Source: Pseudomonadota bacterium
GTDB taxonomy: Bacteria > Pseudomonadota > Gammaproteobacteria > Ga0077536
Reading direction: 5' to 3'
NCBI GenBank assembly: GCA_039800485.1
Contig: JBDLQR010000342.1
Coordinates: forward strand, 1 to 34,289
Length of the DNA stretch: 34,289 nt
In this document: positions 16,685-31,786 of the stretch, in pieces
How positions within the stretch are numbered: the stretch's first letter is position 1
How the letters are laid out: every line of letters begins with the position of its first letter
Translations under genes and position numbers: made by a program
Notes under the pieces: generated by a model
The model's input: the letters and a program-made list of their open reading frames with translations, nothing else
Database searches by the model: none
What the model was told of the DNA's origin: nothing

Positions 16685-18124
16685 TCATCCGGGAAGATCG
16701 GCAAGGCCGAGTCGGCCCGTGCCCTGGGTTTGACTCCTGCCGGGCGCGACGCGGACCAAAGGTCCGAGGGCCACCAACATGGCAAAGAGCAGAAGAATCT
16801 CAATCTGATACACGACGGCATACCCGGTCGCTGGGTCGCGCAACACGCTGCCCAAAAGGCCTTGATCTGCCAGCCCCGAGACCAGATCGCGCAGACCGCC
16901 GCCTATGGCAATGGAAAGGCCGGCAGCCGTTGCCTGCACGGCACCCCAGGCACCGAGGGCAAGACCTGTGTGATGTTCAGTGCGCTGCAGGGCTGTGGCG
17001 ATCGTGAGTGTGCCCACCGCAAAGAGTCCCGCACCGAAACCCAGAAGCAAGGTTCCCGCGCGAAACAGTCCGGGCGAATGCAAGGGCTGGGCAAGCACGA
17101 TGGCGGCCAGCGCGGAGATACCCGAGACCCCACCGATACCTGCCAGGCGGCAAGGGTCGCCCCCGCGCAGCAGCAGACGTCCGGCCATGATGAACGCACC
17201 CAGCGCGCCGCCCGCCATGAGTGCCGTCAGGCTGGTGGTACCGCCCACGGAAAGCTGCATCACTTGCCCCCCATAGGGCTCAAGCAGAATGTCCTGCATG
17301 CTGAAGCCCGCAGTGCCCAGAGCCACGGCCAGCAGAAAGCGCCGCACGTGCGGCTGTGCGCTGAACTCCCGCCATGCACTGCCAAAGTCTGCCCGCGGCA
17401 AATGTGGCGCAGTCCGCGCAGGATCCCGCGCTTCCTGTTTCCAGAGCGCGATGACATTGATCATCAGGGTAATCAGGGCGGCACCCTGGATCACGCGAAT
17501 CAACCGCAGCGGTGAAAAGGCCTCGAGCAGCCAACCGAAAACGACCGCGCTGCCGATCATGCCGAGCAGCAGCACACAATGAAGCAGCGCCACCACGCGC
17601 GGGCGGTCTTCCCGGCGCGCGAGATCCATGGCGAGGGCGAGGCCCGCCGTCTGCGTAGTATGCAAGCCGGCACCTACCAGCAGGAAAGCCAGCGCGGCCC
17701 CGACCTGTCCATAGACGGCCGAGCCCGCACCTTCGCCGGACAGTACCAGCAAGGCAAACGGCATGATCGCGAAGCCACCGAACTGGAGGAGCGTCCCCAT
17801 CCAGAGGTAAGGCACACGCCGCCAGCCGAGAAAAGATCTGTGAGTGTCCGACCGGAAGCCCACGAAAACGCGAAACGGCGCGAACAACAGCGGCAGCGAG
17901 ACCATGATTGCGACCAGCCAGGCCGCAACCCCAAGCTCGACGATCATCACGCGATTGAGCACGCCGTGCGCGAGTACCATTGCCATGCCGACCGAGACCT
18001 GGAACAAAGACAGGCGCAGCAGCCTGGCCAGAGGCAGGGTTTCACTCGCCGCATCAGCGAAAGGCAGGTAGCGCGGCGCGAGCCGCGACCAGGCGCTTGC
18101 GACGGCCAAACCCTGACGCTTCAT
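16685..18124 (-). CDS. lhaA: LH1 assembly protein LhaA (PucC/BCD family MFS)
   Basis: 12-TM PucC-family protein (LRLSLFQVSVGMAMVLAHGVLNRVMIVELG) in the conserved bchM-lhaA-puhA position. ATGA overlap with the bchM stop. Confidence 0.9.
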   Translation of the reverse strand: MKRQGLAVASAWSRLAPRYLPFADAASETLPLARLLRLSLFQVSVGMAMVLAHGVLNRVMIVELGVAAWLVAIMVSLPLLFAPFRVFVGFRSDTHRSFLGWRRVPYLWMGTLLQFGGFAIMPFALLVLSGEGAGSAVYGQVGAALAFLLVGAGLHTTQTAGLALAMDLARREDRPRVVALLHCVLLLGMIGSAVVFGWLLEAFSPLRLIRVIQGAALITLMINVIALWKQEARDPARTAPHLPRADFGSAWREFSAQPHVRRFLLAVALGTAGFSMQDILLEPYGGQVMQLSVGGTTSLTALMAGGALGAFIMAGRLLLRGGDPCRLAGIGGVSGISALAAIVLAQPLHSPGLFRAGTLLLGFGAGLFAVGTLTIATALQRTEHHTGLALGAWGAVQATAAGLSIAIGGGLRDLVSGLADQGLLGSVLRDPATGYAVVYQIEILLLFAMLVALGPLVRVAPGRSQTQGTGRLGLADLPG

Positions 18125-18819
18125 GGGCGCACGAGCTCCTGGGCCTGGGAAATATAGAAGCCAGCCCGGATGACCTCGCTACGCCCCGGCCGCCATGCGC
18201 GCATCTGTGGATGCGTCGCCAGCAACTGATGAAGCCGTTGCTGCCTCACGGGTTCGATCGACGGGGCACGATTCCCGCGCGGAAACACCCGACCCACGGT
18301 ATGCATCAGGGCCAGGGCGAAAGTGCTGGGGGCGAAGGTGAAGACCAGCGACTCACGGGTGCGGGCGCCGAACCCGGCAAGCACGGTCACTACATCTTCG
18401 GCTCTGTAATGGATCAGCGAATCCATGGCCACGACGTGATCGAATTCACCAAGACTGGCATCAAACATGTCGCCCACATGGAACTCGACGCTGCCTGTGC
18501 CAACCTGTCGCGGCAGACGGTCGCGAGCCAGTTGTACCAGCGTCGGAGAGATATCCACCGCCACCACCTTCGCGCCACGCCGCGCAGCCTCGACTGCGAG
18601 CGCTCCGGTTCCGCAGCCCGCGTCGAGAATGCGCCTGCCACCGAGATCCTGTGGCAGGTAATCAAGCAGGGTTGCCCGCATGCGATCCCGCCCTGCGCGG
18701 ACTGTTGCGCGGATTCGCGAGACCGGGGCATCGGAGGTCAATCGGGCCCACGCGTCGGCAGCCGTGCGATCGAAGTAGGTTTCCACCTGCCCGCGTCTTT
18801 GGAGATAGGAACTAGCCAT
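18121..18819 (-). CDS. bchM: Mg-protoporphyrin IX O-methyltransferase
   Basis: SAM motif ILDAGCGTGALAVEAARRGAKVVAVDIS and an N-terminal YFDRTAADAWARLTSDAPVSRIRATVRAGRD pattern typical of BchM. Confidence 0.95.
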   Translation of the reverse strand: MASSYLQRRGQVETYFDRTAADAWARLTSDAPVSRIRATVRAGRDRMRATLLDYLPQDLGGRRILDAGCGTGALAVEAARRGAKVVAVDISPTLVQLARDRLPRQVGTGSVEFHVGDMFDASLGEFDHVVAMDSLIHYRAEDVVTVLAGFGARTRESLVFTFAPSTFALALMHTVGRVFPRGNRAPSIEPVRQQRLHQLLATHPQMRAWRPGRSEVIRAGFYISQAQELVRP

Positions 18820-18821
18820 GC

Positions 18822-23399
<4,578 letters not shown>

Positions 23400-23425
<26 letters not shown>

Positions 23426-25010
23426 CGTAGAGTGTCTCCACGGTAATCATGGCCAAGCCTCTTTCGCGCGCGAAACGCTCGGTGTTGCGTCGCGCCTTGC
23501 CACGGACGAAGAACGGAATCTTGCGCAGCTCCTGTTCCGTTTCGGGCGCCCACTGCGGGGGAGCCGGAGCATCCTGGTCACCTTCTTCTGTGGGCGGGCC
23601 GGCTTTCGGTGGGGAGGGCTGCACGGCAATGCCCTTGCCGAGGTGCGAGGGTACTGCCCGGTCGTTGAACTCGAAGTCTTCCCTGAACATCTGCAGCAGA
23701 TGTTCCTCCAGCCCCATCACCAAGGGGTGAACCCAACTGTCAAAGATGACGTTCGCGCCCTCGAACCCGTACACCGGGCTGTACCGGGCCGGTACGTCCT
23801 GAACATGGATGGGTGTGGAGATCACCGCGCAGGCTATGCCCAGACGCTTGGCAATATGCCGCTCCATCTGCGTGCCGAGGACCAGCTCCGGGGCCGCCTC
23901 GGCGATGGCTGATTCAACCGCGAGGTAATCATCCGTGATGAGTGCGGTGAGGCCGTAGAGGCCCGCGGCGGCACGCAGCTCACGGCCGAATTCGCGACTG
24001 TATGAGCCAAGCCCCACCACTTCGAAACCCAGTTCGTCCCGCGCGACGCGGGCCGCAGCGATGGCATGGGTGGCATCGCCAAAAATGAAAACGCGCTTGC
24101 CGGTGAGGTAGGTCGAGTCCACCGAGCGCGAATACCAGGGCAGGCGAGAGCTGGATGCTGCCAGCGAGCTGGCACCCGGTATTTCACTTTCCAGAATGCG
24201 TTCCTGATCGAGGCCCGCGAGCTCGGCAACTTCCCGCATGAAATCGCGGGTGGCTCCTACGCCCATCGGTACCGTTCGTGTGTAGGGCTGGCGGAAATTC
24301 CGCTCCAGCCAGACACAGGTGGTGCGCGATATCTCTGGATAGAGGTCAATGTTGAAGTCGGCATCGGGCAGTCGGGCAAGATCGGCAGGCGTCGCGCCTA
24401 GGGGTGCCACCACATTGACGTCCACCCCCAGGCGCGACAGCAAACGGGTGATTTCGATGACGTCATCCCGGCAACGAAAGCCGAGCACTGTTGGTCCGAG
24501 CAGATTGGCTCGAGGGCGGCGTACACCAGCCTGCTGGCCCGCCTCCGTGACGACTGCCTCTGAAACCCGCTCCGAAAGCGCGGCGCGGACGATCTGATAG
24601 AACGTTTCCGCCGCGCCCCAGTTTTCCTTCTTCGAATAGGCCGGCAGCTCCAGCGCCACGACGGGAACGCCAAGATCCATGCTCGCGGCCAGGGTGCCTG
24701 CCTGGTCCTGCAAAAGCTCAGCGGTACAGGACTCCCCGACCAGCAGCATCTGGGGACGAAAGCGCGCACAGGCCTCAGCAACGGTCTGCTTCACCAAGCC
24801 AGCGGTGTCGCCGCCGAGGTCGCGTGCCTGGAAGGTGGTGTAAGTGACGGGTGGACGCTGATCCTGGCGCTCGATCATGGTGAAGAGCAGGTCAGCATAG
24901 GTGTCGCCCTGCGGCGCGTGCAGCACGTAGTGCAGCTCGCGCATCGAGGTCACCACGCGCATGGCACCGATGTGCGGTGGGCCTTCATAAGTCCAGAGGG
25001 TAAGTTCCAT
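23400..25010 (-). CDS. bchB: light-independent protochlorophyllide reductase subunit B
   Basis: [19 protein letters not shown]..., [15 protein letters not shown], and the C-terminal [18 protein letters not shown]...[13 protein letters not shown] tail typical of BchB. Confidence 0.97.
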
Positions 25011-25019
25011 GACGGGCCT

Positions 25020-26797
<1,778 letters not shown>

Positions 26798-26853
26798 GGG
26801 CGCGCTTTCTCCGGCTAGCCTTTGTCCTGAGCGTATTCCTGCCACACCCCGAG

Positions 26854-26887
26854 TGTCAATCTAAGTTGACGTTAATTCCGTTTGACA
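26854..26887. promoter_or_regulatory. candidate tandem PpsR/CrtJ operators overlapping divergent -35 hexamers
   Basis: TGTCAATCTAAGTTGACG (26854..26871) and CGTTAATTCCGTTTGACA (26870..26887). Each is one mismatch from TGT-N12-ACA. The outer hexamers TGTCAA and TTGACA are inverted repeats and read as TTGACA -35 boxes towards bchF and ppaA respectively. Confidence 0.4.
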
Positions 26888-26961
26888 TGCGCGGGTGTCG
26901 CCCGGATGATCGCAACTCAGGTATCGGAGCCCCGCGGGTTCGTGGCAGAATCGAACCGTCT

Positions 26962-26982
26962 CACCGCGAAAATTTCGCGGTG
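26962..26982. repeat. perfect 21-bp palindrome in the bchF/ppaA intergenic region
   Basis: CACCGCGAAA-A-TTTCGCGGTG has 10-nt perfect arms. It is preceded by the hairpin GGTTCG-N9-CGAACC (26937..26957). It lies about 100 nt upstream of the ppaA ATG. Confidence 0.5.
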
Positions 26983-27085
26983 CTGCAACATGAACAAGAT
27001 GGAATCGAGTCAAGCACCTGTACCGAAGAAACCCATGACCCGCATCCAAACCTGAACTCCTTAAAGGACAGGGAGATATAAGCCC

Positions 27086-28027
27086 ATGACCATGTCCAAC
27101 AAGATCGGTGCCCAGAACACGCGCAGGCGGAGCCGAGAAAAGCCCGGTGCGCAGGATGGTCCGGACACCTCCCCTGACTTGGTCGAGACAGGTTTCGAAA
27201 GCCTCCTCCGCACGATTGAAGCAGACATCATCCCCAGGCTGCTTCTGGCACATCAAACCATCGCCCCGCTGAACGAACAGGCCCCAACGACCGATCTGCC
27301 AACTGTCACCACGGCTGATGTCGACAGGCTCACCCGTCTTACGCAGAGCAGGGACTTTGCGGCAGTCTGGAAGGAAGTGGACGGACAGCGCGTACGGGGC
27401 GTGCCGCTGGAGGCCGTTTTCCTCGATCTCCTCGCGCCGGTTGCCCGCCGCCTCGGCAGACTGTGGGAAGACGACTTGCTGGACTTCACCGGCGTCACCA
27501 TCGCGCTCATGCGCCTGCAACAGGTGATGCGCGAACTGGCCCCCGCCTTCAGCGCGCAGTGCGCGTTGCGCCCGCGCCAGACACCGCTGCGCATCCTCGT
27601 GACCACCGCACCCGGAGAGCAGCATCGCTTCGGGGTCCTGATGGTGGCTGAATTCTTCCGTCGCGCTGGCTGGGAGGTCAGGGAAGACACCGTCAACAGT
27701 GACGCGGCCCTGCGCCAACTGCTGGCCGAGTCACATTTCGACCTGCTCGGACTCTCCCTGGGCTCACAGACCGGCCTCGATGCGCTGTCATGGACTATTC
27801 AGGCCAGTCGCGATGCCACTCTCAACCGGGACCTTGGTATCATGGTCGGCGGCCCTGCGTTCGCGGACAATCCCGCTCACGTGGCACGCGTCGGCGCAGA
27901 CCTGACGGCCTCGGATGCACGTTCGGCAGTCGCCAATGCTGAAAATTTCATCAAGAACCTGGAAGCGCGCCGGATGACGCACGTGTGGCCCGGCGATTTG
28001 AACTCTGCAACGCTCAGACCGCACTGA
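27086..28027 (+). CDS. ppaA: cobalamin-binding antirepressor PpaA/AerR
   Basis: B12-binding-2 helical region (LAPVARRLGRLWEDDLLDFTGVTIALMRLQ). B12-binding Rossmann domain with LRILVTTAPGEQHRFGVLMVAEFFRRAGWEV (E-x-H-x-x-G). Sits immediately upstream of ppsR. Confidence 0.85.
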   Translation: MTMSNKIGAQNTRRRSREKPGAQDGPDTSPDLVETGFESLLRTIEADIIPRLLLAHQTIAPLNEQAPTTDLPTVTTADVDRLTRLTQSRDFAAVWKEVDGQRVRGVPLEAVFLDLLAPVARRLGRLWEDDLLDFTGVTIALMRLQQVMRELAPAFSAQCALRPRQTPLRILVTTAPGEQHRFGVLMVAEFFRRAGWEVREDTVNSDAALRQLLAESHFDLLGLSLGSQTGLDALSWTIQASRDATLNRDLGIMVGGPAFADNPAHVARVGADLTASDARSAVANAENFIKNLEARRMTHVWPGDLNSATLRPH

Positions 28028-28033
28028 TTCACC

Positions 28034-29440
28034 TTGAAGCACTCACTCGCCACTCTGGACGGCAAGGCTGCAAGCTCCTTGCTGACTGCCGTATCCGATA
28101 TCACGCTGCTGCTCGACAAGACCGGGCGAATTCTGGATGTCTCAGTGGGCAACCCGGAATTGTCCACACTGGATACCAGGAGCTGGTTGGGCAAGCCCTG
28201 GGTGGACACGGTCACGGTCGAGAGTCGCGACAAGATTGCCTTGCTGCTGAAGGAGCGTGCCGCGAAAAACGCACGCTGGCGTCAGGTCAATCATCCCGTA
28301 GGTACAGGTCAGGCCGACTTTCCGGTGCTCTACCGCACGGGAAACGTGGGCACCCAAGGCCTGATTGTGGCGATGGGGCGTGACCTGAGGGCCGCCGCAG
28401 CTCTGCAGCAGAAACTGCTGGAGGCCCAGCAAGCTCTGGAAGACGACTATGCCCGCCTGCGCCAGGTCGATACCCGCTACCGGTTGCTCTTTCAGACCAC
28501 GGCAGAGGCAGTAGTCGTTGCTGATGCAACGTCTGGCGTCGTGACCGAGGCGAACCCGGCCGCGGCCCAGCTACTGGGGCATGCAGGAAAGAAAGTCATA
28601 GGCCTGGCACTGAGCGAACTGATGTCAGGCCCGGGCTCCAAAACGCTGCAGGGATTGCTCGACACTGTGCGGGCCACCGGTCGCGGCGAAGAAGTCCGGG
28701 TCACACTCGGGCGTGGCACCGCAAGACGCGAATTTGCGGTCTCCGGTTCGCTGTTCCGGCAGGAAAACGTCGCGCATGTGCTCCTGCGTCTCGCGCCATC
28801 AGATTTGCGTCCTGTACTCGAGAAAACCACACCACCTGCCCAGCAACTGACGCAGCTGATGGACCGCTTCCCCGACGGGTTCGTGGTAACGGATCCTGCA
28901 GGACAGATTGTTGCCGCCAACAACGCTTTTCTCGACGCCGCAGAGCTCGGTACTTTCGAGCAGGCACGCGGCAAGTCGCTCGATCGCTGGCTCGGTCGCT
29001 CTCCGGTCGACGTGCGCGTGCTTCTGTCCAACCTTCAGCAGCATGGCGTGGTGCGGCACTTTTCCAGCGTGCTCAGCGGAGAGTTCGGCGCCAGCATGGA
29101 CGTGGAGGTTTCTGCGGTTTCAGCGCTGAACGCCGAAACCCCCAGCCTGGCGTTCATGCTGAGGGACATGCGACGTGTCGCCGGGCGTGATGGCGCCCGC
29201 ACCCCGCATCTGGCGGCCCCCGTGGAACAGTTGACGGAACTCATCGGTCGAGTCTCGCTCAAGGAGCTGGTTCGCGAATCGACTGACATGATTGAACGAC
29301 TGTGCATCGAAGCTGCCCTCGAGCTGACCGGGGACAACCGTGCATCCGCTGCGGAAATGCTCGGACTGAGCCGGCAGAGCCTGTACATCAAGCTCAGACG
29401 TCATGGTCTGGGCGATCTCGAGTCCGGCAACGAAGCCTGA
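28034..29440 (+). CDS. ppsR: photosynthesis gene repressor PpsR/CrtJ
   Basis: Multiple PAS-like segments and a C-terminal Fis-type HTH CIEAALELTGDNRASAAEMLGLSRQSLYIKLRRHGL. The N-terminus aligns by eye with the known PpsR N-domain. The start read from the DNA is TTG, 6 nt after the ppaA stop, so the exact start is uncertain. Confidence 0.9.
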   Translation: MKHSLATLDGKAASSLLTAVSDITLLLDKTGRILDVSVGNPELSTLDTRSWLGKPWVDTVTVESRDKIALLLKERAAKNARWRQVNHPVGTGQADFPVLYRTGNVGTQGLIVAMGRDLRAAAALQQKLLEAQQALEDDYARLRQVDTRYRLLFQTTAEAVVVADATSGVVTEANPAAAQLLGHAGKKVIGLALSELMSGPGSKTLQGLLDTVRATGRGEEVRVTLGRGTARREFAVSGSLFRQENVAHVLLRLAPSDLRPVLEKTTPPAQQLTQLMDRFPDGFVVTDPAGQIVAANNAFLDAAELGTFEQARGKSLDRWLGRSPVDVRVLLSNLQQHGVVRHFSSVLSGEFGASMDVEVSAVSALNAETPSLAFMLRDMRRVAGRDGARTPHLAAPVEQLTELIGRVSLKELVRESTDMIERLCIEAALELTGDNRASAAEMLGLSRQSLYIKLRRHGLGDLESGNEA

Positions 29441-29496
29441 CCCGGCGGCGGGGCGCCATAGCCTCGCCCCATCACTGAAAAACGCCCCTGCGCAGG

Positions 29497-29537
29497 TGTA
29501 AATTTTGTTTGACGCTTGAAAGCGTCAAGCATAAATT
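29497..29537 (+). promoter_or_regulatory. candidate bchG promoter with PpsR-like site and 20-bp perfect palindrome
   Basis: TGTAAATTTTGTTTGACG (TGT-N12-ACg, 29497..29514) overlaps TTGACGCTT-GA-AAGCGTCAA (29509..29528, 9-nt perfect arms). TTGACG-N17-TAAATT reads as a sigma70-like -35/-10, ending 6 nt before the bchG GTG. Confidence 0.4.
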
Positions 29538-29543
29538 GATGCC

Positions 29544-30410
29544 GTGTCGCGCCCTGGTTTCACTTCCGTAATCGAACTGCTGAAGCCGGTGACGTGGTTC
29601 CCGCCGATGTGGGCGTTTGCCTGCGGCGTGGTATCGACCGGCCAATCATTCGAAGGGCACTGGATTCTGGTGCTCACCGGCTTGCTGCTGACGGGTCCGC
29701 TGGTTTGCGGGACCAGCCAGGCTGTCAACGACTGGTTCGACCGGCATGTGGACGCCATCAACGAGCCCGGTCGGCCGATCCCCTCAGGTCGCATACCGGG
29801 ACGATGGGGGTTGTATGTCGCTTGCGTGTGGACATTGCTCTCACTTGCCGTCGCTCCGGCACTCGGTCCGTGGGGCTTCGGTGCCACCGTACTTGCCCTG
29901 CTGCTCGCATGGGGCTACAGCGCTCCACCTTTCCGATTCAAACGCAACGGCTGGCTCGGCAACAGTGCTTGCGCGATCAGCTATGAGGGACTCGCCTGGG
30001 CCACAGGTGCTGCGGTCATGATGAACGGCGTGATGCCGGAAAACAGGACGCTGGCGCTGGCCGCCCTCTATAGCGCGGGTGCTCACGGCATCATGACCCT
30101 CAACGATTTCAAGTCCGTACAGGGCGACCGCCAGTGCGGCATCGACTCACTTCCAGTGCTGCTCGGAATCTCCGGCGCCTGTCGTGTGGCTTGCCTGCTC
30201 ATGGCGGCTGCCCAGCTGGTGGTGGTGAGCTTGCTGGCAGCCTGGGGGCACGCGCTGCATGCCGTGGGCGTGGGAGTGCTGCTGATGTTGCAGATTTTTC
30301 TGATGGTGCGCCTGTTGCGGGATCCCGTGGCACGCGCGACCTGGTACAGCGGATTCGGCGTCACGCTCTACGTACTCGGCATGCTCCTGAGTGCATTCGC
30401 GCTGCGGTGA
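29544..30410 (+). CDS. bchG: bacteriochlorophyll a synthase (UbiA prenyltransferase family)
   Basis: VIELLKPVTWFPPMWAFACGV and the UbiA Asp-rich motif NDWFDRHVDAINEPGRPIPSG. GTG start; an in-frame TAA at 29532 excludes a longer N-terminus. Confidence 0.93.
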   Translation: MSRPGFTSVIELLKPVTWFPPMWAFACGVVSTGQSFEGHWILVLTGLLLTGPLVCGTSQAVNDWFDRHVDAINEPGRPIPSGRIPGRWGLYVACVWTLLSLAVAPALGPWGFGATVLALLLAWGYSAPPFRFKRNGWLGNSACAISYEGLAWATGAAVMMNGVMPENRTLALAALYSAGAHGIMTLNDFKSVQGDRQCGIDSLPVLLGISGACRVACLLMAAAQLVVVSLLAAWGHALHAVGVGVLLMLQIFLMVRLLRDPVARATWYSGFGVTLYVLGMLLSAFALR

Positions 30411-30424
30411 AGGAGAAAGCTCTT

Positions 30425-31756
30425 ATGGCAACAACCTTGGGTTGGCTGGGAATCATTCGTCTGGGGCTGGTCCAGACTGCGCTGGGCGCGATGGTGGTGC
30501 TGGCAACCTCCACCTTCAACCGGGTGATGGTCGTGGAGCTGGCATTGCCGGCCATGCTGCCCGGCCTGCTGGTCGCGGTGCACTACGTAACCCAGATCTT
30601 TCGCCCGCGCATGGGCTACGGCTCCGATGTGGGTGGCCGCAGTACTCCCTGGATACTCGGTGGAATGACCATGCTCGGGGCTGCCACGGTGGCCGCCGCA
30701 GTGGCGACGACCCAGCTGGCCCACAGCGTCATGCTCGGAACGATCATGGCCCTGATCGCCTATTTCGCGATCGGCCTCGGGGTCGGTGCCGCCGGCACTT
30801 CCTTGCTCGTCCTGCTTGCCAAGCGCGTAGACCCGGGCCGCAGGGCCGCGGCTGCGAGCGTGGTCTGGCTCATGATGATTGCGGGCTTCGCTGTCACGGC
30901 AACGCTCGCCGGCAAATTCCTCGACCCCTATACGCACATCCGTTTGGTGGAGGTCACGGCGAGTGTGGTGGCCATGGCACTGACCGTGACCTTCGCCGCA
31001 GTCTTTGGCCTCGAGAAACACGCACTGCCTGCCACGCTCGTCGAGACGGCGGCCGTTCAGACGCCCAAGGTCCCCTTCCTCACCGCGTTGGCCCAGGTCT
31101 GGGCCGAACCTGAGGCACGGCGCTTCACCATTTTCGTGTTCATCTCGATGCTCGCCTACAGCGCGCAGGATCTGATTCTGGAGCCTTTTGCAGGCGTGGT
31201 CTTCGAGTATACGGTCGGCCAATCGACCAGCCTGTCCGGGGTTCAGCACCAAGGTGTGTTCGTGGGCATGCTGGGTGTAGCGGTGCTCTGCAGCTACTTC
31301 AAGAACAGCTGGCTGGGCTCGCTGAAGATGTGGACGGTTACCGGCTGTCTCGCATCGGCGGCTGCCCTGTGGGCGATTTCGCTCGCAAGCCTGGTCGGAC
31401 CGGACTGGCCTTTGCGTCTCACGGTACTCCTGCTCGGCGCGTCCAATGGTGCATTTGCCGTGGCGGCCATCGGCTCGATGATGGCCAATGCAGGACAGGG
31501 AACCGCGGCACGGGAGGGTGTACGCATGGGTCTGTGGGGTGCTGCACAAGCCTTTGCCTTCGGGCTGGGAGGCTTCGCAGGGACTGCTGCGAGCGACATC
31601 GCGCATGCGCTGCTCTCGTCACCGGCCCAGGCTTATTCGGTGGTGTTTGGCCTCGAAGGGATGCTTTTCCTCCTCTCCGCCGTCATTGCGGGTCAGCTCA
31701 CCGTCTCCAACCTGCAAGCACGGCACCCGAAGACAGGCAGCACTGCCTACACCTGA
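30425..31756 (+). CDS. pucC: PucC-family (BCD/MFS) light-harvesting assembly protein
   Basis: Start refined to ATG at 30425 with AAGGAGA upstream. MATTLGWLGIIRLGLVQTALGAMVVLATSTFNRVMVVELALPA is paralogous to lhaA. Conserved position between bchG and bchP. Confidence 0.9.
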   Translation: MATTLGWLGIIRLGLVQTALGAMVVLATSTFNRVMVVELALPAMLPGLLVAVHYVTQIFRPRMGYGSDVGGRSTPWILGGMTMLGAATVAAAVATTQLAHSVMLGTIMALIAYFAIGLGVGAAGTSLLVLLAKRVDPGRRAAAASVVWLMMIAGFAVTATLAGKFLDPYTHIRLVEVTASVVAMALTVTFAAVFGLEKHALPATLVETAAVQTPKVPFLTALAQVWAEPEARRFTIFVFISMLAYSAQDLILEPFAGVVFEYTVGQSTSLSGVQHQGVFVGMLGVAVLCSYFKNSWLGSLKMWTVTGCLASAAALWAISLASLVGPDWPLRLTVLLLGASNGAFAVAAIGSMMANAGQGTAAREGVRMGLWGAAQAFAFGLGGFAGTAASDIAHALLSSPAQAYSVVFGLEGMLFLLSAVIAGQLTVSNLQARHPKTGSTAYT

Positions 31757-31786
31757 ACCACAGCTGGAAGCGAGGGAGTAACCGTC

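Noticed and set aside
16076-17515. 479-aa plus-strand ORF
   Set aside because: It is antisense to puhA and lhaA, with low-complexity R/G/Q-rich sequence and no domain signature. It is a GC artefact.
26937-26957. GGTTCG...CGAACC, reminiscent of a tRNA T-arm
   Set aside because: No acceptor, D or anticodon arms can be drawn around it, and the loop is 9 nt and lacks the TTCRANNC context. It is treated as a simple hairpin.
26798-27085. Possible cobalamin riboswitch upstream of the B12-binding ppaA
   Set aside because: I could not find a B12-box-like sequence or the multi-stem architecture by eye. An Rfam covariance search would be needed to revive the idea.
26861-27718. 285-aa minus-strand ORF reaching into the bchF/ppaA spacer
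   Set aside because: It is antisense to ppaA, which has a recognisable B12-binding domain. It has no motifs and would run through the regulatory spacer.
29450-29470. GGGGCG-N9-CGCCCC hairpin after ppsR, as an intrinsic terminator
   Set aside because: It has only a 6-bp stem and is followed by ATCACTGAAAAACG rather than a T-tract. It is not convincing as a Rho-independent terminator.
30368-31606. 412-aa minus-strand ORF
   Set aside because: It is antisense to pucC. The pucC frame has the PucC-family N-terminus and an AAGGAGA RBS, while this ORF has neither.
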